From Hydrolagus affinis (Eukaryota), in NCBI GenBank assembly GCA_012026655.1, contig JAAILG010000248.1, positions 1 through 64,000 on the forward strand: 64,000 bases of DNA. Direction: 5' to 3'. This document shows, in pieces, positions 44,301 through 57,300 of this stretch (the first letter of the stretch is position 1; the number at the start of each line of letters is the position of its first letter). The notes under the pieces were generated by a model. It worked only from the letters and a program-made list of their open reading frames with translations, ran no database searches and was not told the origin of the DNA. The translations under genes and the position numbers were made by a program.

Positions 44301-47300
44301 AGTTAGGGGCTGTTAAAATCTACTTAATAATAACAGACCGGCAGCCAAATAATGGGACTTTGTGGAGGACACGACAGTTTGACAATGTATTGACAGCTTG
44401 CACATTGGTTTTGTGAGAGCTATAGCAGTTCTGATTGCTGTTTTAGAGTGACACTGCTTTCAGCCACCTCCCTAAACAGACATTTTTGGAGGGTGATTTG
44501 TTTTTCATTTTAGCCATTGTTGTTTAAGCATCTAAGAACAGTTTGAGGGATGGTCAGGACAGCAATACTGCAACAAGATCTGTTACCTCTAGGTGGCAGT
44601 GCTTTACTACTTAATACAGTAATAGTAATACTAATTGTATTTGATTCAAGGACTATCAGGAGGAGATCTCAATGTGTTTCACTGTGAAGTGTAGAAACTG
44701 TGTATTTTTGTACTATATGCAACATTGCAAGTTTACTCCATAATCTGATTGTTCACAGGTCGACGTTACCTGGTTTTACAAGAATTGTCTGACAGACACA
44801 TGTAACTGTAATCGTGGTGGGGACTGTGAATGTTTCTGTACCAGTGTTGCAGCCTACGCTCACAAGTGCTGTCAGAAAGAAATATCAGTAAACTGGCGAT
44901 CCCCCAGTGTTTGTCGTAAGTATTACCACTAAGATGAGTTCTTTAAATAAACCGATTGTGTTTTCAATTTGTCGCATGGATGGATGAAGCTATTTTGTCA
45001 AAATGGGTTTCAAAGTGGTGCATTGAAGCAGACATAAATTTCAGTTTTCAGAAATAAATTGCAATTTCCACTGCAATCATAGAATTTCGTGAATAAATCT
45101 TTGCTCTCTGGTGTGTCTTATGCAGCGAATCATATAATAGATATATTCCTTAGTTTACGGGAATTCCATTCACTTAGCAAATTGATGCATTACAACAATT
45201 GCGTTTCTCTCGTTCCCTTGACTTGGGGTAGCGTCCCGGAGAGCTTGACTGACACTGAGCCAGGGGAAGAGGGAGGGGGAAGATGATCATATCCGTGTGG
45301 CAGTGATTTGACTTATTAAATTTGGGGTATGGTGGAGCTGGGGAGACCAGCGAGGAGGGCAATGGAATAATCCAGCCGGGAAGTGACGAAGGCATGTTTG
45401 TGAGTTTCAGCTGCATTATCTGTGATGTACATACGGAGGTGGGCTATATGACAGAGGTAGAAAAAAGCACTCAGGGAACTGATGTGGAGTAAAAACAATT
45501 GCTGTGGATCGAACTTCACACATAAATTGCGCACGGGTTGATGAGTCTGAGGGAGAGCCCGGGGTAGTTGAGTTCAGATCCTCAGGAGAGAAGACATTGA
45601 CAGGAGCCAAAGAATATGGCATCTTGTTGTCGTAATGCATTTACTTCTTAAACAACCTTTAAAAGTATGTACGATTGATTCCACCCGTTAAAGAAATTAA
45701 AAGCTGCTCAAAGAATATCTTATTCTGAACATGACAGAAGGTATGGATGATCAAATGTTCTATGATTCCATTCCAATACAGTTTTCAACATAGGAATGTC
45801 ATCTGTGAAATTCATTCAATCAGGTTGAATGTTTTTCTTCCTTATATCCATCTGGCCCCACTATTCCTTCCTATTCCTAGCTAGTTTTATTTCTTGTGAT
45901 AGAGACAGCTTGTCACTACAATACAAACTGTACATAATTTGCTGGAAGGAATGAACTGAATGGGTTGAAAAGTGTTCATGTTCCTTACTTTTCTATTGGA
46001 AAATGTATACAATAAATAGTAATAGTTTGTTTATCCGCTATAAGATTTGCTTCCAGGAGATTAATGTACTGCAAAATAGTGTGGGGTTATGATTTAATTT
46101 ATCATAATACATAGTAATTCATTTGGTTAGTTCAGGAATGCTTCTTCAAATACAATTCTGATTCATTGAGCTGCTCTGTACATAAGCTTGGGCATATGGG
46201 AATTGATTGTGTTTAATGCTGTTTTTATTTGTGTTTTAAAAGAAGGCTAATGTATTACAGTACCTTTGACAAAATCCAAGGGATAACTGGTGAACTTAAA
46301 TTTTATTAATGGTTGCATGGCATATACTTTGATCAAAGCAAAGCCTCAAGTTTGTGGTTTTCACATACCACATTGAAGGAAAATGATTGGTGACAGGTAA
46401 AAATGATATTGAGCGTTGATGGACTCTAAGGAGTAATTCTTAGGTCTAGATTTGCTCTTATTTATATACCATTCAAGAATTTTCCAAATTCCTATATATA
46501 GCTTTAATTTTGAAGTTGTTTTTCTCTTAAACTCTTTTAAAAACAACAGAAAACAGACTTCAAAGTCAGCAATTTACCAAATTCCAGATTCTCTAAAATG
46601 CTTGGGTGTCTTGGGATGTCCTCCTGACTTAAAAGGAGGACTCTATAAATGTAATTTTTTTTGTTGTTCAATAAATCTGGACTCAAGTGGAATTTCTCAC
46701 GAATCATATGTTCATGGAACATATTGATTGTCAATTTAATTCCAATTATCAATTAAGTCAATAAGTAAATTTAGAGTCACAGAACATTTCAGCAAGAAAT
46801 AACAAATATGTACACACAACAACTAAGTATTAATTGTTTTTAATGTTTCAGCTTTTGATTGTGAATACTATAACCGAGGTATGTAATGCTTGTGTATTTA
46901 TACAGTATATTTAACAATATTAAATTATCATTTAGTTCTCTAATTTTAAAAATTTTAATGAAAATATAAGCTACTGTAATTATACTGTATGAAAAGTTTT
47001 CCTTCACAGAATTATGTGGTCCATTTTATATCTATACCAATTAATTATTCCTATAGCATATTTATTCAGCAAAACTGATTAGAGTAAACATTTCACAGAA
47101 TATACTGTAAAGTGAATTGATTGTAAATTTTGTGGGTGATATGCTCCTTTAGTATAGTACCGCTTTAGTATCCCCATCAGCCATTAAGTTATTCTATCTA
47201 AACTTTTGGTATAGCTCTGAAACCATAATTGAAATAATGAATGTGAACATGTATAAACATATGCTTCATTCACTAGTAATTATTTTAGCTTCATCAACCA

Positions 47301-50300
47301 GCAGAATAGTACAGTCAAATTCTTCCTGTAATTACCTTAATTCGGATGCAATTGTCAGCAACAGTGCAGTGCTGGACTATCAAACCTCATTGCTTGTTGT
47401 TCAATATTTCAGAACTTGGTGAAGGACCATATGTGTTCCTCAGCTATTTGTACAATGACACTGTTATTGGAGCCAACATGACAACCGGGGAAGTATTCCC
47501 TTGTCAAAGAAACTGTGCTGGAGGGAACATTTTGATAAATTTCATGATTACACCTGGACTTTACAAAGGAAGGCAATTTAGTAAGTTTTATTTAGCTTTA
47601 ATACTTCTACGAAGTTCCGTAAGTTCAGCTTTGGTCTGACATCTGCAAATGAAAGCTGATGACAACTGGCTATATTTAGCTAATGAAGTTTCAGATTAAT
47701 TTTGAGTACATTATAACAGTGATGATTGTGTAGATTACAGTTTGCCAAGGTATTAACATTTGGAATTTTTTTTATTTTGGATGTAGACTTCAAAATTTTA
47801 GATTTAGATATAAAATTAAGACATTCTCTTATTGATGACAATAAAAGCAAGAGATTGATTGAGTGTTTTATCTTGTTGCAGATCTACCAGTTGTTTCCTT
47901 CGAATCTGCTGAAAGACCAAATTATTTTTTACATGCTGGGGTAAATGGTTCCATTCATTTGGAGAAATGGAGGGATAGTGAACCATTCTGGAAAGAATCA
48001 TCATTCATCCAACATCATAATAACTGGATCCCTGGCTACAGTACCTTTGAATTATATAATAGGAAGGGATATTTTATCAGAGTCACACCATCATTTGTTT
48101 CAGCTGTTCATTATGATTACTCCGATAAATTTAAACTCACAAGCAGCTTTACTATTGAAGGTAAGATATATTTGTTTCTTTGGATTGTGGCAAAAAATGC
48201 TTGTACGAGAGATAATTTTTTAACTGAGAAATTTGAAGATGTCTAGCATTTGGAATAAGGATGCTCATGGTCTGTCAGCTTGGTTTTCTCCAGGTGTATC
48301 TGATCCCCCTGAGTTAATATTGTTTTATAAACTTTGAAAATAAAACAACGGAAGTTTGAAATTTTCCGATTTCTTAGTTTGGTGCGTAGTGAGGAATTAG
48401 GACATATATGCTGTCCTAATATGGGATGGTTAAAATCAGGTTAATTTCTATTATAAGCTAAGAGAATTTTGGTTCCACAACTTTCTGCAGCCCACAAAAT
48501 AATAATAATAATGTTTGCATTTGATTTAGCGCTTTCACATCTTCTAGACATCTCAAAGCACTTCACAGAATATACTGTAAAGTGAATTGACTGCATATTT
48601 GTGGGTGAAATGCGGCAGCCAAACACGCACAGCAGTGTCCCATAAACAGTTGTTTGTGATTATAGATTATAGATAACCGTTAATAGACAGACAGGATATT
48701 AGGTGAGGACAAGCTCAGCTATTATGCTTTGCCCCTCCATTGTTTGTGCTTAAATATGAAGAATAGTCACTTAATTGAAGTACGTACTTAGGAGTGGTGG
48801 GAAATGGCAGTCCTTTCAAATTAGAAAGAGACATTTGAGGGAGAATAATACAAAGAATCTTTTTTGAGATATTGAAAAAAGTTATTGATTAGTACAGGAG
48901 GCCAAGTTTGAAACATAGACAACCGACAATCTCTTTACTTGATACAGAAGGAAATGCAATTTGAATAAAATCCATGATTTACAGTAGAAATTGCAAGAGT
49001 TTAGGACTCTAAACTCTAAACTAACAAGTTTTCAATTTTTCAGAAGCTATAGAAAGTTGCGGGGCCAAAATACTCTTAGATATAGTAGAAATTAAACTGA
49101 ATGACCATGTCATATTATTATGGCATATTCAGTCTTTGCAGGAATCACGCGATAGTGGTCTTTTCCCGTCTCATACATTTATGTGTACAAGACAAGTGCT
49201 GTCTTATAGGGAAGGGATATAATCTGCAGTTCGCTAAAGGTGGCAAACATTTTGTTTCATACTGATAGTGTTTGCAAGCGAAAGGCATGTTAGACCAATG
49301 GTTCACACGTGCATACATTCCAATCCATTCCAGTAATGAAATTAGGGAATCTGGCTGATTTGTTTCTCTTCTCTGCTCTCTGGGCCTCCCATCCCCGGGA
49401 CCATTCTGACAGAGATGAGCTAACTCAGCACACAGTGGGGCTGAAGTCCAGGTTACTTTTAAGCCTGTACATCTTGACACACTGAAGCTTTTGGAGAGGA
49501 CATTCAATGGCAAAAAAACACAGCTTTAATCAATAGATAAACAATTCAAACACAATTTAGTAAAATGCAACTTAATTTCACATTGTGAGCAAACTGGTTA
49601 TCATCATATCACATATGGTAACTGATTCTTCAATGTCCAAAGAGCTAGCACTATATTACAGGTAAACTTAGCTATCAATGTGCAATCATTTCAATTGTAT
49701 ATAGAGAAATAATTTCAAATGGATTCTAGCAGTCCCTCAGTTTTGTACATTTGTGTGACTGACATCTGGAATAGTACTTGTACAGAAGGCTACAAGCACA
49801 TTCCAATGACAGTTTATGAAATCGTAACATAAAACCATCCCGTCTGCCTTGCAACACAACTTGCATTCCTTATATTAACTTGGCCTTTTTTCTATTACTT
49901 GCATGTTCCTTTACTTTCAAACAATACAGGGGGATACTACTGTGTCACTTTGCTACAAATGTTGGCATTCGATAGATGTTTGTTATTGCCAAGGTTAAAA
50001 TCAGTTGCAGAAACTGCAAGGTTATTGTTAGTTTTATTTATTATAATAGCAAATACACTGGACATACATTCATATCTGATAATATAGTTTGCATGTGATT
50101 TTTATGATGCTTCTTAGCATCTAAATGGAGAACTTAACAAGTAATTGTATATTTTAAAATCAGTTTTACTTGTTGGCAAATGAAGTTGATCTGGCCTTGA
50201 AAATGTTACTTAGATAGAATTTCTTCCTTACAATAATAAATACCATGTCAGTGAGATCAGAAACGGAAAATTATCGGGCTTGTCATTGGGCTTTCACTGT

Positions 50301-51345
50301 AAGTAAAGATTACAGTCCATGCCATGCCATTTCTTTTACTTGGCTTTAGATGCCTTGGAGATTCCTAACATTCTGATAAAACAGAACTTCAGGTTTGGCT
50401 CGAGAGAAAATGTGTTTTAATTGTGACTTGCAGTATGTAAAAATAATGATAAACAGTGTGTGTGCTGCTCCAGCTGAAGCACTTGAATGCCGTTGCCAAG
50501 AGCAGAACCGCTTCGGATTCCCATTTCATTCCATCTCTGTGGGAAACATGCCGGGCTGCTGCAGAAACTGTGTGATGGATAATTTGTTACCCATGCTTTT
50601 CTCTGGCCAAACTGCACTCGTAGCAGTTATTTCCACATGGAGTGTAATGAAGCCTCCAAAGTGTTGGCTTCAACATATGGTAATTAGATATTGCCATAGA
50701 AAGGATAGCACTGGGCCCCTGGGCTCCTTGATGCAAATGCCAAGCTTTGATTAGCCGTCGAGTTAGGTTATTTTCCATGGTACAATTGAAACTACCTAAT
50801 CCTGAAGTGCTGGAATGTAAAAGGAGAGTAAGAAGGATTGAGGTGAAACTAAAGCTATTGAAACCGAGGCAGCTAGAATTTTTCTGAACAATGCTCTCTC
50901 TTCAAGGCTGCTCTGCTGTGTAGACTCGGCTCTTGAATTTTACTCATGACCCTCTGCATAGCAAGAGTCAGCTAATACTCTAAAGGGTGAAAAGGTTGTG
51001 CTGTTCACGGAAGTTGCTTGTAATCGTATCTGCTAACTGGCACAGCTGCCTACATATTGGGATAAGAAAAATATTTTGGCCTCTGTTTCTGAAAGTTTAT
51101 ATTTTATAGTAAGAAAAATAAGCTGCACATATGCTAATGCAAATGATACTGCGCCATGCAATGTTGTGGATCTTAACAACAGTGGGCTTGACTGCTATGT
51201 ATACTGTTGCATTCCCCAAATAACCAATTTCAATCAATCATGCCAGTGAGTGCACTGATCCACATGGGATCTTAGAACATTTGTAGCACAGAAGGAGGTT
51301 ATTTGGCTCAATGTATCAGTCCTGATGCATTTCGATGCAACAACC

Positions 51346-51383
<38 letters not shown>

Positions 51384-54300
51384 TTAAAAAAAAGTTTTGG
51401 TGATAATCTTCAGTTTAAGATCTTGTTACTGACCAGTGGTAAAGGTTCATCATTTACCTAATCAAAAGATGTGGGCAAATGATATAATCACAACGTAGCT
51501 TTTGGTGTAATTTTGTAACATTTTAGTGTGTCCCATTTTAAACTGCCTTAATATATTAAGGAGAGAATAGTTTTAAAATCTAGAATCTGACATATTCCTA
51601 TTGTTCTAGATTTCTTTTATCTCATAGGAGCAGTAATAATAAAAATTAATTGTGATAATATCAACAACAAAATTACACTTGTTTTCACGACAGGAGGACG
51701 TCCCAAGACACTGGATAGTCATTGTTTTAGATCCGAGTTGGGGTCAGGGACATGGAGGGTGCTGGGAAAGGGGGGGATTTAGGGTGACTGATGGGACCGT
51801 CGAAGAGGAGGGTCTTGAGCCGAGATTTGAAAGAGGCCAGGGAGGGAGTGAGGCGGAGGGACTGCAGGATGGAGTTCCAGAAGTTTGGGGCAGAGTGGCT
51901 GAAGGCTCGTCCGTGGATGGGTAGGTGCATCAGGGGATGTGTAGCAGGCCGGAGCCTGCTGAACAGAGTGGGAAGGCAGGTTGGTAGGGGATTAGGAGGT
52001 TGCAGTTGTAAGGTGGGGTGAGGGCTTTAAATGTGATGACCAGGATCTTGAATTGGATCCTCTGGATGATGGGGAGCCAATAGAGTCTAGCGAGGATGGG
52101 GGAGATGGGGTCACAAAGCATGGAGCGGTAGAGGACACGGGCTGCAAAGTTCTGGATTATCTGCAACCTGTGGAGAGAGGAATTGGAAGGGCTGACAAGC
52201 AGGGCGTTTGCGTAGAAAAGACGGGATGTGATGAAGGCATGAATAAGGGTTTCAGTGGCCTTAGGGGTAAGGTAATGGTGGATTTGGGCAACATTGCATA
52301 TGTTAATTAATATTAATATACTATTAATAACAATCCTTATTTATAATAATCCTCCTTAATGATGAACCTTATTATTAAAAAGCCTTGCATATGATATAAC
52401 GCCTTCATGTCATGAGGACATCTCAGAGCACTTCATAAGATGTATAAAGTGTAGTGACTGTGTATTTTGTAGGAGAATATAGCAGTCAATTTGCACACAG
52501 CAAGTATCCCATAATCCGCTAAATACTAAAATAGCATTACATTAACAAGAAGCTGTAAAATTTTACCACCATCAGATGCAGTCAGATTCTCACCTGTTGG
52601 TCTCATAGATTATACATGAATTCTTGTATGGAGTAATGATAATGTGATGAACAAAGAGTCTTGCGACATTTCCATGGTGTTGGGTTACCTCTGCCCTTTT
52701 CTGGACTATATTGGCAGTGCATACTGTGCTGGAGGTCATCGATGGACAGTTTTCATTCCTGCAAGCAAACAGCTGAAAGAACAAAACAAATATAGATTTT
52801 TGAGTTTGCTCTTCCTTGCTTTGTGCTGTGAACTGTTATATTAACCCTTTGTGAATTGTAGCAACATTCATGGACCGTAGCAAAAAATATAACAAGTAAA
52901 TTCCCCCTTTAGTTTGATTTATTTTGGTGTTGCCCATTCCAGTGAAAGCCATTGGATAGTACATTATGTGGCAAATCCATGTCATGGGTAAAAGTAGATA
53001 AAATCTAACAATGTATTTTCCATGTTGTAAACTCTGGATGTAGAAGCTTCCAACAGTCAGCTGCGCAGTATTTTCTGCTAGACTACAGTAAAACCATCAT
53101 GAAATATGAACCTGCCCCGAGAAAACATTATCAAGGTCGTGGAGTGCACTGACAGCTGCTACTGGCACAAAAAAAAGTGGAATTAAGGCCTGGACGCACA
53201 ATTGAAACAGCACAGAACCCTTCCTTAAAAGTAAATCCCAAACTATGATTTAATCTCAGGATTCAGATGACGATGCGATTCATCAAATTTGATCATGCTA
53301 TTTTGCACTTGTAGTTTTGCAGTTTCTTTGACTGCACTTTCAATCATCTTTTTCCCCTCCCATCCCTGAAAAGCGCTGTATAAATGGAAATTGTGGTGTC
53401 CTGTAGCTCAATGGTTAGAACGCTCGCCTAAAAAGCAAATCTAGGTTCGAATCTGGGTTGAGACCTGGGTTCAATTCCAGGCAAGGCGAAACCTTGGGCA
53501 AGTTTCCTTAACTCAACACGTCAACACTTCCTTACTCAACATCCTTCCCCAAAAAATTGTCACTTATATCCACGACTATTTGTAGGACATTGCTGTGTGC
53601 AATTGGCTGCCGCATTTTGCCCACATATATACAGTCAATTATATTCTGTGAAGGGTTTTAAGATGTCTAGAAGACGTGAAAAGCGCTATATCAAATGCAA
53701 GGAATATATTATTACCATTGTTGTGGTTTGGATATTATCTGAATGTCTTGTAGTGGCTCCAACATCCTTCATGCTTTAGGGACATTTATTTTTGTATTTT
53801 ATTGTTTATCCAATTTGAGTTTGAAAATAACCAAATAAGATAATTCAGGTAAACTTTACCTGAGAAGCAATTGAACAGAATGTACCACGAGATCTGAAAA
53901 AACCGTAATGAGATGAGGTACAAATATTTTTGACGTGAATGTAGAAATATTTATTGACACGTTTTTGTGGATCATTCGAACCAGTGGCAAATCCCAGCCA
54001 ATTTGATACAGACGAGATACAGACAAGGATCATTTCCTCAGACTCCAGGCACTTGTAAATGATTAATTTAAATGTGTAACATTACAGTCGTAAAGTACGA
54101 GATCTGCAAAGTACTACCAGAGCAAACAGAATTTGTTGGCAGCTGAATCCCTTTGATTTTTGTTGAGGGGAAATTGTTATCACAATTGTTGAGAGCAGAA
54201 ATTTTTAATCGCAATATAAGTTTAAAAAAAATATTACAAACACTACAATATGCTATGCCACATGAAGTGCCCTATGTAAATGCAAGTTGCGATTGTTATT

Positions 54301-57300
54301 GTCTGTAGATAATCTTTATATAAGAAAAACAATTGGTTCAATGTATATAGTTGCATATTTGAGGCAGAGTGTGTAGTGTACCAACCATTTCTTATCATAA
54401 TGTGTTGTACTCAAGCTCTTTGTCAGAAAGGATATTGCACATCCTCACCCTTTTGTTGTAGGACAACCATTATTTTTTTTCCAAAAGGACAAAATAATGA
54501 ATGCTTCATCTTTGACAGATTAGATATTCTCAGCCTATTACACAATGCAAATCAATTTAATGTTGCAATGAAAAGACAAAAGGGTTGGTATTCTGGAGAG
54601 ATGAGGTCAAATGCAACATGGCTGGTAATCCCAGGCAGGCCTATAATAATGGAAGGCACTGTTTATGGTTAATCAGCCTGTCTGCCTTATCAATGAGAAA
54701 TGGATATGCCCTTTGAGCCAAGGCCTAAACTGGAACGGGTGGAAACTGGAAACTAAGCTGAGTAGTTATCATTCCCTTTAAGCAGTCTTTATTTTCTTTT
54801 TACATGAGGACATAGGATATTTAACCATTTACTTCCTTTCAGAAAGCAGCACAGTTATTCCATACAGAACAATGTGTGAATTTAGACATGAGGTCTGTGC
54901 CAGTCCGTGCATCAAAACCTGCAGTGATCCCCATGGTACAGCATGCAAGTTTCTACCACTGTAAGTGTCTGAGTGTCTTACTAATGTCAAAAACAACAAC
55001 AATTTGCATTTGTATAGCACCTTTCACGTCGGGAGGATGTCCCTATACATTTCGCACTATCGGGAATCAAACCCAGGTCTCTCACTTGCAAGGCCAGTGG
55101 TCTAACTACTGAGCTACAGGACTCCACAATATACAGTAATATGAAATGTAGTGACTGTGTAATTTGTGGGGAAACACGGCAGCCAATTCGCTCACATCAA
55201 AATCCTAGAAGTACAGTTGTAGGATTGAATGACTGAATTCAATTGAATTGAATAATGATGGCGATTGTTGGCCGGTGCACTCTGCCCCAAACCAGAAATC
55301 ACATGTCATCATTCTTTTCAGCTCCTTTAAGGTGACTGAGGACAAAAAACGTAGGCTGTGGATCTCTGCACAGCTGCTGTCAATGTGGGTCAGCAGCACA
55401 TATGAGTGGTCCCACATTCATGACTAGCCTTGCTAACTTGTCATTGCCCTTTGGACCCACTGGGTGGCACCCTTTGTTACCATGAGGAACTTCAACTGAT
55501 AGCCTAGCTTTTTTATTCACTTTAGTAGTGAAATTTGAGCGATAGTTAAAGCTGGGATTCAGATTATGGCTCTGGTCTATTCTTCACATACTACCTTGTG
55601 TCAGCCAAGCACTTTTGCCTTTGAGTCCGGTGATTGTGGGTTCAAACTGCACTAGAACATGATTGTATGAAATAATGGGCTGTAGGCTTTTCTCCGCTCC
55701 AACCTCCTATTCTAATGAGTTCCCAATAATCCTCACTTCTGTGAAGCGGGTGCCTGACCATAGCAGGGAGAGAAGGAAAATCAGCACCATAGTTGTCCCA
55801 GAGCCAGTTATTGAAGGGAGCTTCTCCCAAGTGTCCTTGCAAACAATCCTCCAGATAAAATTGGTCACTCACCCCATGGCTTTTTGGGACATTGCTGTGT
55901 ACAAATTGACTACTGTGTTCACCTATAAGTACACAATCACTACACTTTACAGAAAATACTGTAACAAACTTTAAAGCATCTTCCCAATGTGAAAGTCAAA
56001 GGTGATTATTGTTTATTATTCTACTTTTGACTGGATCATAACACCATCAGCATTGGCTGGGAGCAGATGGACTCCTGCCTGTCCTCTCAGTTGCAGGCAA
56101 ACTCTGGATCAGAGAGATTTTCAAATAAACTGGAAGGATGTGAATTCCAGGAGAGAAGCAAACCTTAATATATCTTATGTTATATTAACATAATATGTTA
56201 ATATATCTTATGTTTTTCCTCTCTTTTTCTCACGTAGAGTAGAGGGCTGCATGGCACATTGTCCAAAGCTCATGCTTCTTGATGAAGTCACTCGTAGATG
56301 TGTTCATCCAGAGGACTGTGAGTGTCTTTTCCTTCAAATCCTTTTGTATTTTCTGTTGCTGACTAAGATGAGGGAAGCAACGGCTGGAGAGTATCTGCCA
56401 GTGATAGTACTGTACCTAATATTCATTAGCCTGTTATCCTGCTGATCAGCAAAATTATACTTTAATTTCAGTCTCCCCTTATCTTTGAGCCAGAAAATGG
56501 CACTTACTGTACTCCATCCATCAAGACTGAATTGCCTAAGAAGTTGTCAGTTGCTTTTATTCAATTTGAAATGCTGGGTATTCTGGTCTGTTAAATAATA
56601 TGAAAGAAAAATTCGACAGAATTATGAAATACTTAAGAGTATTTATGGTCTTGTTCCATACCTAAACAGATCCCTAGAAATCAGGTTAAAAAAGTACTAC
56701 TGTATAGCTAACAAGAAACAGGTTGGCTACATTAAGGGAATAAACCATTAGAATTCTGGTCCTTATTTGCAAAAGAACAACAATTTTCAGCTTTTTGATT
56801 TAACAATGTGTAGATTTTATATTAACCTACAGGGCAGGAGATTCCAGGTTTGTTCCTAGTCAGTGATGAGATTGCTGATCTCAACCCTGGCAGTACAATT
56901 GAGCTTAGTGCTTCTGGTTAAGGGATAAAAATATAGTATGGCTCCTCCTAATCACAACCGAGTGACCTTATAGGGAGAATGCAACTTGGATTAGCTGTGA
57001 GGTACAGTCAAGGCTCACGATTAAAATGGCCACCTGAGTGAGCAAACACAGGGAGAGCTGCACCAGTACAACCAATAGAGGGAAACATCCCAATAAAATT
57101 GGAAAGAGAAACAATAATGGCCCATTTAGTGGGTTTAACAGGAAAAAAAGATAATACTGATAATCATGATGCAAAATAAATCATTCATTGACTGCATACT
57201 TTATTGCAGGTATCAATATAACTGCTACAGAATTACCTTATCTTCCAACACCTGGTAAAACATCCATTGCAACAGAAGCAGCAGACAGTCCTCCTGCTAT

